Source: Planctomycetota bacterium (GTDB taxonomy: Bacteria; Planctomycetota; B15-G4). From it: a stretch of DNA of 64,000 nt. Both the position numbers and the translations under genes were made by a program. Within the stretch, counting starts at the first letter, position 1, and each line of letters begins with the position of its first letter. Positions 8,787 through 17,898 of the stretch are shown here, in pieces. Under the pieces are notes generated by a model. The model did not search any database, had not been told where the DNA came from, and saw nothing but the letters and a program-made list of their open reading frames with translations. Location: the NCBI GenBank assembly GCA_965248575.1, contig CBDFJQ010000002.1:1440001-1504000 (forward strand), given 5' to 3'.

Positions 8787-11572
8787 GCAAACCCCGCCCC
8801 CGGAACCGGCCGCCCATGCTGCCCAACCTGCGTTTTCTCCGCCCCACCTCGATGGTGGGTCTCGGTCTCTTGGCCCTGTTCTCGGCCTCGTCCCTGTCTA
8901 GCTGCGGAACTCTGTCTCCGCAATCGGATGAGGCGAACCCAGAGCTCGCTACCTCCCAGTCGGAGCTGCCCCCAGCTTCTGCGACCAGCGCCGAGCAGAG
9001 CCCCGAAGCTCTCGCTGCCGGAGATGCCGAAGCCCTGCGCGACTACGCTGTCGAAGTGCAACGCATCCGCGCCACGTCGCCGACGACCGTCGAGCCAGGC
9101 AACACGCCTGCGAACGTGAGCCAGGACGCCAATCAACTCGTTCAGGATGCGCGAGCACACACGCAGCTCGTCGAACAGCGTCTGGCCTTGCTCGTGGAGA
9201 GCTTCCTCGATGAGGGACTCGTGCTGCTTGAACAGGGTGATGTCGCGAGCGCGCACGAACAGTTCGTGCATGCCTACGAGTTGGATCCCGACCACCCTGT
9301 GGCTCGTGCCATGTGGGCGCAGACGGGCACCTTGCTCGGTGACGACCAGGCCGAGCTGAGTGCCGTGGCCCAGAACGCACGGGATCTCGAGACCGTGCGC
9401 CGGGGACAGCGTCGCCTGTTGGTCGACAACCACATTCAGCAGGGCCGCAAGGCCATGGCCGAAGGCGACGCCGATGCCGCCGCCCTCCATTTCGAGGACG
9501 CCCTCTCGCTGGTGCGCTTCAACCCGGATGTCTCGGGAGACGGTGTCAGCGAAGCTGACGTCCAAGGCATGGTGGACGATGCCCGCGCCCAGGCCCGGGC
9601 TGCCAAGGAATCGCGCGAGGCCGCCGTGGCCGAGGAGGCCCGTCAGCGCCAGGAAGAGTTCCAGTTTGCCGAGCGCAACCGCCTCACCCTGAAGGTGGAT
9701 GGCCTCTTGAGCGCCGCCAATACATCTTTCCTGAAGGATGATTTCGCGGCCACCATCGCGAGCCTCGACGAGCTTCTGCGCCTGGCTCCGAAGAACGAAG
9801 AAGCCCTGAACTTGCGCAAGATCGCGACCCGCGCCACCTACGAAAAGGACGCCCAGAACATCCGGGTTGAGTACCGCGAGGCTTGGGTCGACACCTTTGA
9901 CGATCTGGTCAACGACTCCATCATTCCCAACGACATCCTGAGCTTCCCGTCGTCGCGCGAATGGCAGAAGACCGTCGACCGGGGCCCGCGCACCTTCGCG
10001 GACCGCAACAGCGATCGCACCGACTCTGACCAGGCCATTCTCGATCGCCTGGACGAGGTGCGCATTCCGGTGGACTTCCAGGGTGCTGACCTGAGCGAGG
10101 TGCTCGGGCACCTGCAGAGCGTCTCGGGCATCAACTTCCTGATGTCCCAGGACGTGGAAGACGAGCTGGGCAGCAACACCTACGACCTGGTGGATCGCGC
10201 CAGCCTGCCCCTCTCGCGCATCCTGAAGATCATCCTGGAGGATCTCAGCATCCCCCAGATGACCTACAACGTGAAGAATGGCGTGGCACGGATCATCACC
10301 ACCAGCGAGTCGCACGGCGACTACGTGCTGGAGATGTACGACATCCGCGACCTCACCTTCACGCCGGTGGATCATGCAACCAAGGACTTCAACCTGCTGC
10401 CCTCGGGCACGGATGAGGAGAGCTTCACCGACGGCGTGGAAGAGGACGACCCCCTTCCGTTGGTGAGCGAAGACACCCTGCTGGCTCTCATCCAGGACAA
10501 CATCTCACCGGACTCCTGGACCGACGATCCCGCCCGCAGCATCAACCAGATGCCTGGCACCCTCGTGGTCAAGACGACGCGCGACGTGCACGCCCAGATC
10601 GGGCAGCTGCTCATGGACCTGCGCAAGAACACCCTGACGCTGGTGCACATCGAGACGCGCTTCATCGAGGTCGAGGACAGCTTCCTCGAGGACATCGGCG
10701 TCGACCTGCGTGGGCTCTCTCCCGCACAGGGCGCCAGCCTCGAAGACTTCGGTCAGCCCAACGCCGGTGGCGTGGGTACCCCGAGCAACCCGTCCGGCAT
10801 CGGTACGGGCATCGACACGGGCGCCTTCTACCCGGGCACCCACGGCGACCTGAAGGGCCGCACCGAACACCTGTTCGATTCAGTGCTTGGCGAATCGGAC
10901 GTGCTGACCGGTGGAGGTGGCTTGTCGCTCGAAGCCTTGTTCCTGGACGACACCAACGTCAACGCGGTCTTGCGAGCGGTGACCAAGTACCAGAACTCCA
11001 ACATCGTCAACGCTCCGAGCCTGACCCTGCGCAGCGGCAACCGCGGCAACATCAACGTGCTCACCAACCGCACCTATGTGCGGGACTTCGAGCCTGAGAT
11101 CGCGCAGGCAGCCGTCATCGCCCAGCCGGAGCTGGGTGTGGTGCAGGACGGCATCGTGCTCGACGTACGTGCCGTCGCCTCGGCGGACCGCCGCTTCATC
11201 ACCTTGGAGCTGCGACCCACCCTGGCGGAGCTCATCCCGGACGCCACGGGAGACCCGCTTCCGGAAGCGCTCGTGAGCTTGGGAACGCCCAACGCCAACA
11301 ACGTGACGATTCAGCTCCCCGAGCTGAAGATCCAGCGTCTGCGCACCACAGCGACCATCCCGGACGGCGCCACACTGCTCCTGGGCGGCCTCAAGACCTC
11401 CATCGAGCAGGACAACCGCTCAGAGACGCCGTTCCTGGCCGACATCCCCATCATCGGATTCTTCTTCTCTCGGCAGGGCCAGTACACGAGCAAGCGCAAG
11501 CTGCTCATCCTGCTGACGGCGACGATCCTCTCCCCCGAGGAGACGGAGCCCGGCCCAGGATTCAATCGCTGA
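8783..11572 (+). CDS. Secretin (GspD/PilQ superfamily) with lipoprotein signal and N-terminal TPR/coiled region
   Basis: Lipobox LSSC; TPR-like AYELDPDH; N3-like QIGQLLMDLRK then VHIETRFIEV; secretin motifs NAPSLTL, GIVLDV, IPDGATLLLGGL, PFLADIPIIGFFF, LLILLTATIL. Confidence 0.9.
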   Translation: MSKPRPRNRPPMLPNLRFLRPTSMVGLGLLALFSASSLSSCGTLSPQSDEANPELATSQSELPPASATSAEQSPEALAAGDAEALRDYAVEVQRIRATSPTTVEPGNTPANVSQDANQLVQDARAHTQLVEQRLALLVESFLDEGLVLLEQGDVASAHEQFVHAYELDPDHPVARAMWAQTGTLLGDDQAELSAVAQNARDLETVRRGQRRLLVDNHIQQGRKAMAEGDADAAALHFEDALSLVRFNPDVSGDGVSEADVQGMVDDARAQARAAKESREAAVAEEARQRQEEFQFAERNRLTLKVDGLLSAANTSFLKDDFAATIASLDELLRLAPKNEEALNLRKIATRATYEKDAQNIRVEYREAWVDTFDDLVNDSIIPNDILSFPSSREWQKTVDRGPRTFADRNSDRTDSDQAILDRLDEVRIPVDFQGADLSEVLGHLQSVSGINFLMSQDVEDELGSNTYDLVDRASLPLSRILKIILEDLSIPQMTYNVKNGVARIITTSESHGDYVLEMYDIRDLTFTPVDHATKDFNLLPSGTDEESFTDGVEEDDPLPLVSEDTLLALIQDNISPDSWTDDPARSINQMPGTLVVKTTRDVHAQIGQLLMDLRKNTLTLVHIETRFIEVEDSFLEDIGVDLRGLSPAQGASLEDFGQPNAGGVGTPSNPSGIGTGIDTGAFYPGTHGDLKGRTEHLFDSVLGESDVLTGGGGLSLEALFLDDTNVNAVLRAVTKYQNSNIVNAPSLTLRSGNRGNINVLTNRTYVRDFEPEIAQAAVIAQPELGVVQDGIVLDVRAVASADRRFITLELRPTLAELIPDATGDPLPEALVSLGTPNANNVTIQLPELKIQRLRTTATIPDGATLLLGGLKTSIEQDNRSETPFLADIPIIGFFFSRQGQYTSKRKLLILLTATILSPEETEPGPGFNR

Positions 11573-11780
11573 GGTAAGAAGAGGACGATCTCGGCGTGAC
11601 TGCCGGGTAGGAATTGCCTTTAGACATTGATCGAGGGTGCGATCGCGCATCGAACCCTCAGCACCGTACGAACCCGGCTCCCAGTCTCTCCCCCGCTTCA
11701 TGCGCCGCATGGGGTGGCCAAGAGGCCTGGAGGTGGGTTCGTCTCCATGCACCGCTCCCTTTCTAAGCCCAGCGCCACTC

Positions 11781-14642
11781 ATGAACGGATCTTCCCTGCT
11801 GACGGCTTCGCTCACGGCCCTCGCCCTCTTCGCCATGCCAGCCGTGGCTGGGGCGACGTCGACGTTCACCGTCGCCGATGAGGATCAAATAGCTCTGCTG
11901 GCCGATGATCTGCGTTTCGCGGAGGCCCTGGCCGTCAATCGCTTCTACGCCCTCGCAGACGAAGTGGTGGTCAACACGACGGCCAAGATCAACGAACTCG
12001 GTTCTGATGAGGTGGAGCTGGCAGGAGATGCCAGCCTGGTGAAGGCCCGCGTCGCCATTCGTCGCAGTGATTCCACCGCGGATCCGGACTTGCGCGAGGC
12101 GGCCATGACGAGCGCCATCGAGGAATTGCGGGACTGGTCCCGTCCCGGCTCGGCCTTTGCGTTCCTGGATCGCATGACGGATGCCCTCGAAGATCTGGCC
12201 AAGACCCTGGGGGAACGCGGCAAGGAGTACGCCCGTCGCGCAGCGGAGGGCCAGGCAGATGCCCAGGCGGCTGCCGATGCCGACTTCAAGGAAGCCGATG
12301 ACGTCTTCCAGGACCTGCGCAAGGAGTCCGCCTCACGAGCGAGCCAGCTCGAAGGGGAAGAGAAGCTCGACGCCGCCGAGGCAATGAACGCCAAGGCCGC
12401 CCTGACCTACTACCTGCGTGGCCTCAACTCGGTGGACTGGTCTGACGTCGCCACGGATCGTGAGTTCCGCCTCGAACAAGCGATCGAGATGATCGATGAG
12501 TTCCTGTGGGAGGTGAGCGAGGAAACCCTCGTCTACTACAGCGCCACCTACGAGATGGCCCGGGCCTACGCCAAGCTCGGCGAGCCGGACGACGCTCGCG
12601 AGCTGCTGGAGAACGTCCTCGAATTGGGGACTCCGATCTTCTGGGAGTACCAGGGCGAGAACATCGTGGGCGAGTTCAGCCCCGGTCTGCAGCGGATCAT
12701 CGGCGGACTGTTCGACAGCGTGTGGGGTTACCTCGCGCTGCTGGACGTTGAGCAGGGCAACCTGGCCGGCGCCACGGCGCGCATCGACGCCATGCTCGCG
12801 GAACACGAGACGAAGCAAGTCCCCATGGGACGTTCGGGCCACGAAGTTCTGCTCGACTGGGCCAGGAAGTTGGCCGAGCTAGGCAAGACCGGTGAGGCCT
12901 CCGAGCTCGCCTTGCGCGTCTCCGTGGAAGGACGTGGCACGCCTCCTGGAGGACTCGCAGAGGTCTTCCTCTCGTCGCTTATCACGGGCGGATCGGTGGT
13001 GATCGATTCCCCCGACGCTCTCAAGTCCGCCGCGGACGGTTTCTTCGCCGAGAAGAACTACTCGGAGGCGTCGTACTACTATCTGCGCGCCGCCAGCCTG
13101 CTGAACACACCCGAAGAGAAGGCGGCCATGAGCTACCAGTGCTGGCAAAATGCCGGCCGCGCTCTGCGCTACCTGGGACGCCACCTGGAGGCGGCCACGG
13201 CCTTCGAGCAGGCCCTCGACGCTGCCTCAGCTCACCATGCGGCTGAGATCGACAAGGTCGAAAACGCTGCGAACCTCATGTACCAGAGCTTCGCCAGCCG
13301 CTATGTCGAGACTCAGGACGCGTTCGACAAATCCCTGCGCGATGGCGCCAGCCAACGCATCGTCAGCATGGGCTTGGACCTCGATGTCCAGTTCGGCAAA
13401 GCCTACGAAGCATTTGGGGACATCCAGTCTGGCGACACCCAGGCGGCGTTGGCTGTTCTGGCCGAGTTCGAGGCGGTTCCCGAGAGCTCCGCCAACTACG
13501 AGCGCGCGCTGGTGTATGCGGCGCGTTGCCTAAATGCAGCGGGGCGCATCGACGATGCGATCAAGCGCTTCCAGGTCATGGAAGACCGGATTGCGGACTC
13601 CAGCCTGGAGCCCACCAATGACAACGCGCGCAACAAGCGCGAGGTCGCGCTGGCCGAAGAGCGCTACTTCCACGCCGCACTGCTCATCGACGCTGAGGTA
13701 AACCGCCCCACCCACGCCCTGGCGTTGCTGGAAGGCTTTGAAGAGGCAGCCGCCACTCAGGAGAGCTTTCACCCCCGGGTGAAGTGGGAACGGGTCGTTG
13801 CCTACTCCATGGCGGGCTTGGTGGACGAAGCCGAAGAGGCCCTGCAAATCCTGCAGGAGTCCGCCGGAGTGCAGCCGACGTTCGTCGCAACAGCGGCCTT
13901 CCGGGTCGCCAACGCTCTGAAGGCCAAGAGCGACGAAGCCAAGGATGCGGAGGAGTTGGCGAGCAGCCGCGCGCTGCTCAACCGTGCTGCGGCTGCTCTG
14001 GAAACCTATGCCATTGCGGACGGCTTCTCCTCCTACCGCAACCTGCTCACCAATGGTCAGTGGTACCTGAGCGCCCAAGAGGGTGAGTCGGCCCTGCGCC
14101 TCTTCGAGAAGGCCATCGAAATCCACGCCGACGACGTCTCGATGAGCGACCTGGACAGCGCATACGTGGGCTTGGCTCGCACCTACGATCACATGCTCAA
14201 CTTCGCCCAGTCGCGCCCTGTTTGGCTCGACCTGCTGAACCGCAACCCCAACACCGTTTCCATCCGGCGCGGGGCCGCACGCAGCCTCGGCGGCTGGCTC
14301 CAGGTCCAGGAAGACGGCAGCGTGGTCGAGATCCCCGGCGCGGGTGACTACGACATGGCCCACGACATCTGGGCCGACCTCTTCAAGAGCGCCAAGGCCG
14401 GTACCAACAAGTTCACCTCGCTCTACTGGGAAGCCAAGCTGGGCAGCATCGACACCTGGTACCGGCAGCGGGCCGCCGACCCTGAGAAGGCCCGCAAGGC
14501 ACGCACGGTCCTCGACCAGCTGCGCCTCTTCAATCCGAACTACGACAAGGACACCATCGAGAACCTGGCCCCTGAGCTGCAGTACGAGCCGCTTTTCGCT
14601 CCGCTCTTCCGCCACCTCGAGCGCAACCTACCCACCAGCTGA
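11781..14642 (+). CDS. Large exported TPR/alpha-solenoid protein (~953 aa)
   Basis: Signal peptide MNGSSLLTASLTALALFAMPAVA; acidic and all-helical, with many TPR-like units (YEMARAYAKLGEPDDARELLE; YVGLARTYDHMLNFAQSRPVW). Confidence 0.8.
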   Translation: MNGSSLLTASLTALALFAMPAVAGATSTFTVADEDQIALLADDLRFAEALAVNRFYALADEVVVNTTAKINELGSDEVELAGDASLVKARVAIRRSDSTADPDLREAAMTSAIEELRDWSRPGSAFAFLDRMTDALEDLAKTLGERGKEYARRAAEGQADAQAAADADFKEADDVFQDLRKESASRASQLEGEEKLDAAEAMNAKAALTYYLRGLNSVDWSDVATDREFRLEQAIEMIDEFLWEVSEETLVYYSATYEMARAYAKLGEPDDARELLENVLELGTPIFWEYQGENIVGEFSPGLQRIIGGLFDSVWGYLALLDVEQGNLAGATARIDAMLAEHETKQVPMGRSGHEVLLDWARKLAELGKTGEASELALRVSVEGRGTPPGGLAEVFLSSLITGGSVVIDSPDALKSAADGFFAEKNYSEASYYYLRAASLLNTPEEKAAMSYQCWQNAGRALRYLGRHLEAATAFEQALDAASAHHAAEIDKVENAANLMYQSFASRYVETQDAFDKSLRDGASQRIVSMGLDLDVQFGKAYEAFGDIQSGDTQAALAVLAEFEAVPESSANYERALVYAARCLNAAGRIDDAIKRFQVMEDRIADSSLEPTNDNARNKREVALAEERYFHAALLIDAEVNRPTHALALLEGFEEAAATQESFHPRVKWERVVAYSMAGLVDEAEEALQILQESAGVQPTFVATAAFRVANALKAKSDEAKDAEELASSRALLNRAAAALETYAIADGFSSYRNLLTNGQWYLSAQEGESALRLFEKAIEIHADDVSMSDLDSAYVGLARTYDHMLNFAQSRPVWLDLLNRNPNTVSIRRGAARSLGGWLQVQEDGSVVEIPGAGDYDMAHDIWADLFKSAKAGTNKFTSLYWEAKLGSIDTWYRQRAADPEKARKARTVLDQLRLFNPNYDKDTIENLAPELQYEPLFAPLFRHLERNLPTS

Positions 14643-14807
14643 GCCCCAGCTGGGGAAGCCCTCCTGGCAGCCCAGCTCTCCTGAGAGCCTCTCCCAGCCC
14701 CCAAGACACAGCCCACTGACCCCCGTATTCCTCCTCCTCCACGAGAACAAGGGACCCCTTGGCTCCGACGAGTTGCGCCCAAAGCGCACCAGAGCTGCTT
14801 GAGTCCG

Positions 14808-14836
14808 TTGATCGTTTTCAGGACCTGACCTAGAAT
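14808..14836 (+). promoter_or_regulatory. Sigma70-type promoter TTGATC-N17-TAGAAT
   Basis: TTGATC at 14808-14813, exactly 17 nt of spacer, TAGAAT at 14831-14836, in the gap before the second TPR gene. Confidence 0.7.
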
Positions 14837-14885
14837 GCCGCGCTTGCTTCGGCCCCCGACCGCGCAAACTTCCACGGAGTCCACC

Positions 14886-16028
14886 GTGTCTCTGCACCCC
14901 GTCCTCAAGCGGCTTGCCTCTGCCGCCCTCCTGCTTGCGGCATTCGTCCCGGCTGGGACCGCCTTCGGGCAGACAGCGGGTCGAATTGACGTGTTGAACA
15001 ACCGTGGGGAAGTCAGCCCCCTCGCCGGGGCGACCGTAGTCAGCGAGACCCTCGACGAGGTGCGCTTCACCCGGACGGGCAGCGAACGCACCGAGAACCG
15101 GCCCGCAGATCGCGTCGTCTTCATTGACTATGGGCCCGGTTCGGCCGCCTACAGCGGTGCCCAGGCTGCCTTGAAGACAGGAGACCTCCAGAATGCGGTC
15201 AACCTCTTTTCGGCCGCCGTCAACGACAAGACCCCGGCGTGGGTTTCAGCCCACGCCCTGCTCGGGCTGGCCGAGGCCCGCGCTGAGCAGGGTCAGGCTG
15301 CCGACGCCCGCGCGGCGGTGCAGCGCTTCCTGGATGAACAGACGAACCACCGCCTGACCCCCCGCGCCCTGCTCATCTCGGCACACCTGGCGGCCCAGGC
15401 GGGCGACCCAGGGCGAGCCCAGAGCGATGTGGACAAGGTCCTGGCCCTGGCCAGCAGTGGCAAGCTGACGCCGGACTGGGCCGTTCGCGCCCATCTGGCT
15501 CATGGGCAAGACCTCCTGGATGCCGGCGATTCAGACGCTGCCCGGACGGCCTTCACGGCAGCCGAGACCGCTTCCCGCACGGGAGCCTCCAACCTGGGTG
15601 CCCGTGAAGATCTTGCCGATGAGTTGGGCCGCTTGGCCCTCGCCGCCCGCAGTGGCATGGGCTCAGCCATCCTGGCCTCGGGCGATCTGCAGGGTGCTCG
15701 CAGCTTCTTTGACACCCTGGAGCGCGACGGTGGCGACAATTCCGCCATCCGCGTCGCCGCCCTGAATGGCAAGGCCGAGGCTGACTTCCTCGACGACGGC
15801 CGGCTCAAGGAAGCCCAATTGGGCTTCGCCCGGGCCGCCGTGCTCGGTGCCAGCATTGCGGATGAGCACGCCAAGGCTCTGTACTACCTCGGCCGATGCT
15901 GCGAGGCTCTCGGCCAGCAGGACGCTGAACCCAACGCGCGCAGCCGCGCACATCAATATTACAAGGACGTCGATCGTCGCTACCCCAGCACGCGCTGGGC
16001 TCGCCTCGCTCGCGAGTTGCTTCCCTGA
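14886..16028 (+). CDS. Exported TPR protein (~380 aa) with a small N-terminal beta domain and CpoB/YbgF-like C-terminal TPR
   Basis: GGAG then GTG 14886; signal peptide ending TAFG-Q; TPR units; C-terminus KALYYLGRC...YKDVDRRYPSTRWARLA. Confidence 0.8.
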   Translation: MSLHPVLKRLASAALLLAAFVPAGTAFGQTAGRIDVLNNRGEVSPLAGATVVSETLDEVRFTRTGSERTENRPADRVVFIDYGPGSAAYSGAQAALKTGDLQNAVNLFSAAVNDKTPAWVSAHALLGLAEARAEQGQAADARAAVQRFLDEQTNHRLTPRALLISAHLAAQAGDPGRAQSDVDKVLALASSGKLTPDWAVRAHLAHGQDLLDAGDSDAARTAFTAAETASRTGASNLGAREDLADELGRLALAARSGMGSAILASGDLQGARSFFDTLERDGGDNSAIRVAALNGKAEADFLDDGRLKEAQLGFARAAVLGASIADEHAKALYYLGRCCEALGQQDAEPNARSRAHQYYKDVDRRYPSTRWARLARELLP

Positions 16029-16063
16029 GACTCGTCTCGATTCACAAAGTGAGATTCCCTTCG

Positions 16064-16786
16064 ATGAAGGTCACCCAACTGTTCCTCCTCGTCGCCCACG
16101 TGGCGTTTGCTCCGGTGATGGTCCTGGCCCAGGACGATGCCCCGGCCGCTGCCGAAGCCGTGGAGACCAACGCAGCGTCCAGCTTCTTCGAAAATGCGGG
16201 CGCCATCGGCATGGTGATCATCGCCCTGTCGATCGTGGCGCTGACCTTGATCATCAAGGAGATCATGGCCGTGCGTCGCGACCAGCTCGCGCCTCCAGAA
16301 CTCGTGGACGAAGTGGAAGCCCTCTTCGAAGCCGGCGAGTACCAGGAGGCCATCGAGCTCTGCGAGACCGAGCCGTGCTACTTCACGAACATCGTGGCCG
16401 CAGGCTTGCCCAAGCTGAACGCTTCCTTCGACGCCATGGAGAAGTCGCTCGAGGAGATGGTCGAGGAAGAGACCATCAAGCTCCATGCCCGTCTCAGTTG
16501 GCTTTCGCTCATCGCCGGCGTGGCCCCCATGCTCGGTCTGATGGGTACGGTCAACGGCATGATCGGCGCTTTCGAGGTCATCGCGGCCTCCAAGGGTCAG
16601 GCCACGCCTGACAAGCTCGCCGGCGACATCTCCGGCGCCCTCATCACCACCCTGCTCGGTTTGATCGTGGCGGTGCCGGTGACGGCAGCTTTCGTGTTCT
16701 TGCGTAACCGCGTGGTGGCCTACTCGCTAGAAATCTCGGCGGTCGTCGAGGACCTGTTCGAGCGCTTCCGTCCGAACGAGTCCTAA
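16064..16786 (+). CDS. exbB: MotA/TolQ/ExbB proton channel protein
   Basis: APMLGLMGTVNGMIGAF and ISGALITTLLGLIVAVP signature helices; the N-terminus looks like a cleavable signal peptide. Confidence 0.93.
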   Translation: MKVTQLFLLVAHVAFAPVMVLAQDDAPAAAEAVETNAASSFFENAGAIGMVIIALSIVALTLIIKEIMAVRRDQLAPPELVDEVEALFEAGEYQEAIELCETEPCYFTNIVAAGLPKLNASFDAMEKSLEEMVEEETIKLHARLSWLSLIAGVAPMLGLMGTVNGMIGAFEVIAASKGQATPDKLAGDISGALITTLLGLIVAVPVTAAFVFLRNRVVAYSLEISAVVEDLFERFRPNES

Positions 16787-16880
16787 GCAGCCGTAGCACC
16801 GGCATGCCAGGCCTTCGTCCTGGCAGCCTCCCCCTGGCACGAGGCCTGACACCCGGGCCACCCCCACTGCGGATCGCGAC

Positions 16881-17342
16881 ATGGGCAAGAAGTCTCGCGA
16901 AGGTACCGAAGTCAAGATGGACATGACGCCGATGATCGACGTCGTGTTCCTCATGATCATCTTCTTCATGATCGTGAGTGATATGAGCCAGCAGGACCTG
17001 GCCGACATCACTCTGCCCATGGCCGAACAGGCCGTGGACGACAAGACCGAGAAGGGCCGGATGATCGTGAACATCTACCCGAACGGCGAAATCGAGATCA
17101 AGAAGCAGAAGTACCCCACGCTGGATGATCAGGCCGCCATCAGCGCCCTGCGCAGTTACCTCGCTTCTGAGGTCAGCAAGGGTGAAAAGGACGCTCAGGG
17201 GTTGTCGGAACGCGCATTGCTCATTCGCGCGGACAAGACCACCAAGTTCAAGGAAGTGCAGAAGGTGATGCGCATCTGCGGCGAGAACGGCATCCAGGTC
17301 TACAAGGTGCAACTCGCGGCAGCACAGAACGAGCAGCCGTAA
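16881..17342 (+). CDS. exbD: ExbD/TolR family protein (copy 1)
   Basis: MTPMIDVVFLMIIFFMI TM segment with the conserved Asp; periplasmic LIRADK...VQKVM. Confidence 0.94.
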   Translation: MGKKSREGTEVKMDMTPMIDVVFLMIIFFMIVSDMSQQDLADITLPMAEQAVDDKTEKGRMIVNIYPNGEIEIKKQKYPTLDDQAAISALRSYLASEVSKGEKDAQGLSERALLIRADKTTKFKEVQKVMRICGENGIQVYKVQLAAAQNEQP

Positions 17343-17387
17343 GCGGGCTGATCGACCCAGCCCGGCCACCAGCACAGGAACGACGAC

Positions 17388-17828
17388 ATGGCACGCAAGA
17401 AGGCAACAATCGACGAAGTCGAAGTGGAGCTCACGCCCATGATCGACGTCGTGTTCCTGCTCTTGATCTTCTTCATCGTGACGATGAAGTTCAAAGTGCT
17501 GGAGGGGAGACTGGAGACCGAGCTGCCGAAGGACGTCGGCGTCAACTCTGGGGATGTGGAAGACCTGCTTGAGAAGGTCGAGATCCAGATCAAGTCGGAG
17601 CCCACGGAGGAGTTCGGCATGGAGGTCTTCATCAACGGCACGAAAGTGCCGAATCTGGCCACATTTCGCTCTCGGATCCGGGGTTTTATTACCCTGGCCC
17701 CGGACCAAAAAGCCACGCTGTACCCTGGCCCCAAAGTGAACTACGAGCAAGTGGTGAAGGTTGTCGACCAGTGCATCGAGGAGAAGCTGGTGGACATCAC
17801 CTTTGCCGGAGTGACTTGGGATGCTTGA
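17388..17828 (+). CDS. exbD: ExbD/TolR family protein (copy 2)
   Basis: LTPMIDVVFLLLIFFIV TM segment with the conserved Asp; VNYEQVVKVVD. Confidence 0.92.
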   Translation: MARKKATIDEVEVELTPMIDVVFLLLIFFIVTMKFKVLEGRLETELPKDVGVNSGDVEDLLEKVEIQIKSEPTEEFGMEVFINGTKVPNLATFRSRIRGFITLAPDQKATLYPGPKVNYEQVVKVVDQCIEEKLVDITFAGVTWDA

Positions 17829-17898
17829 TGGGATGCCTGACACCACACACATCGCGCCGACATGCAGCCGCAAGCCCGCGGCCCGCAGGTGGAGACTC

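Noticed and set aside
8519..10375. 618-aa minus-strand ORF
   Set aside because: Antisense shadow of the secretin gene; expected from GC-rich codon bias; no motifs.
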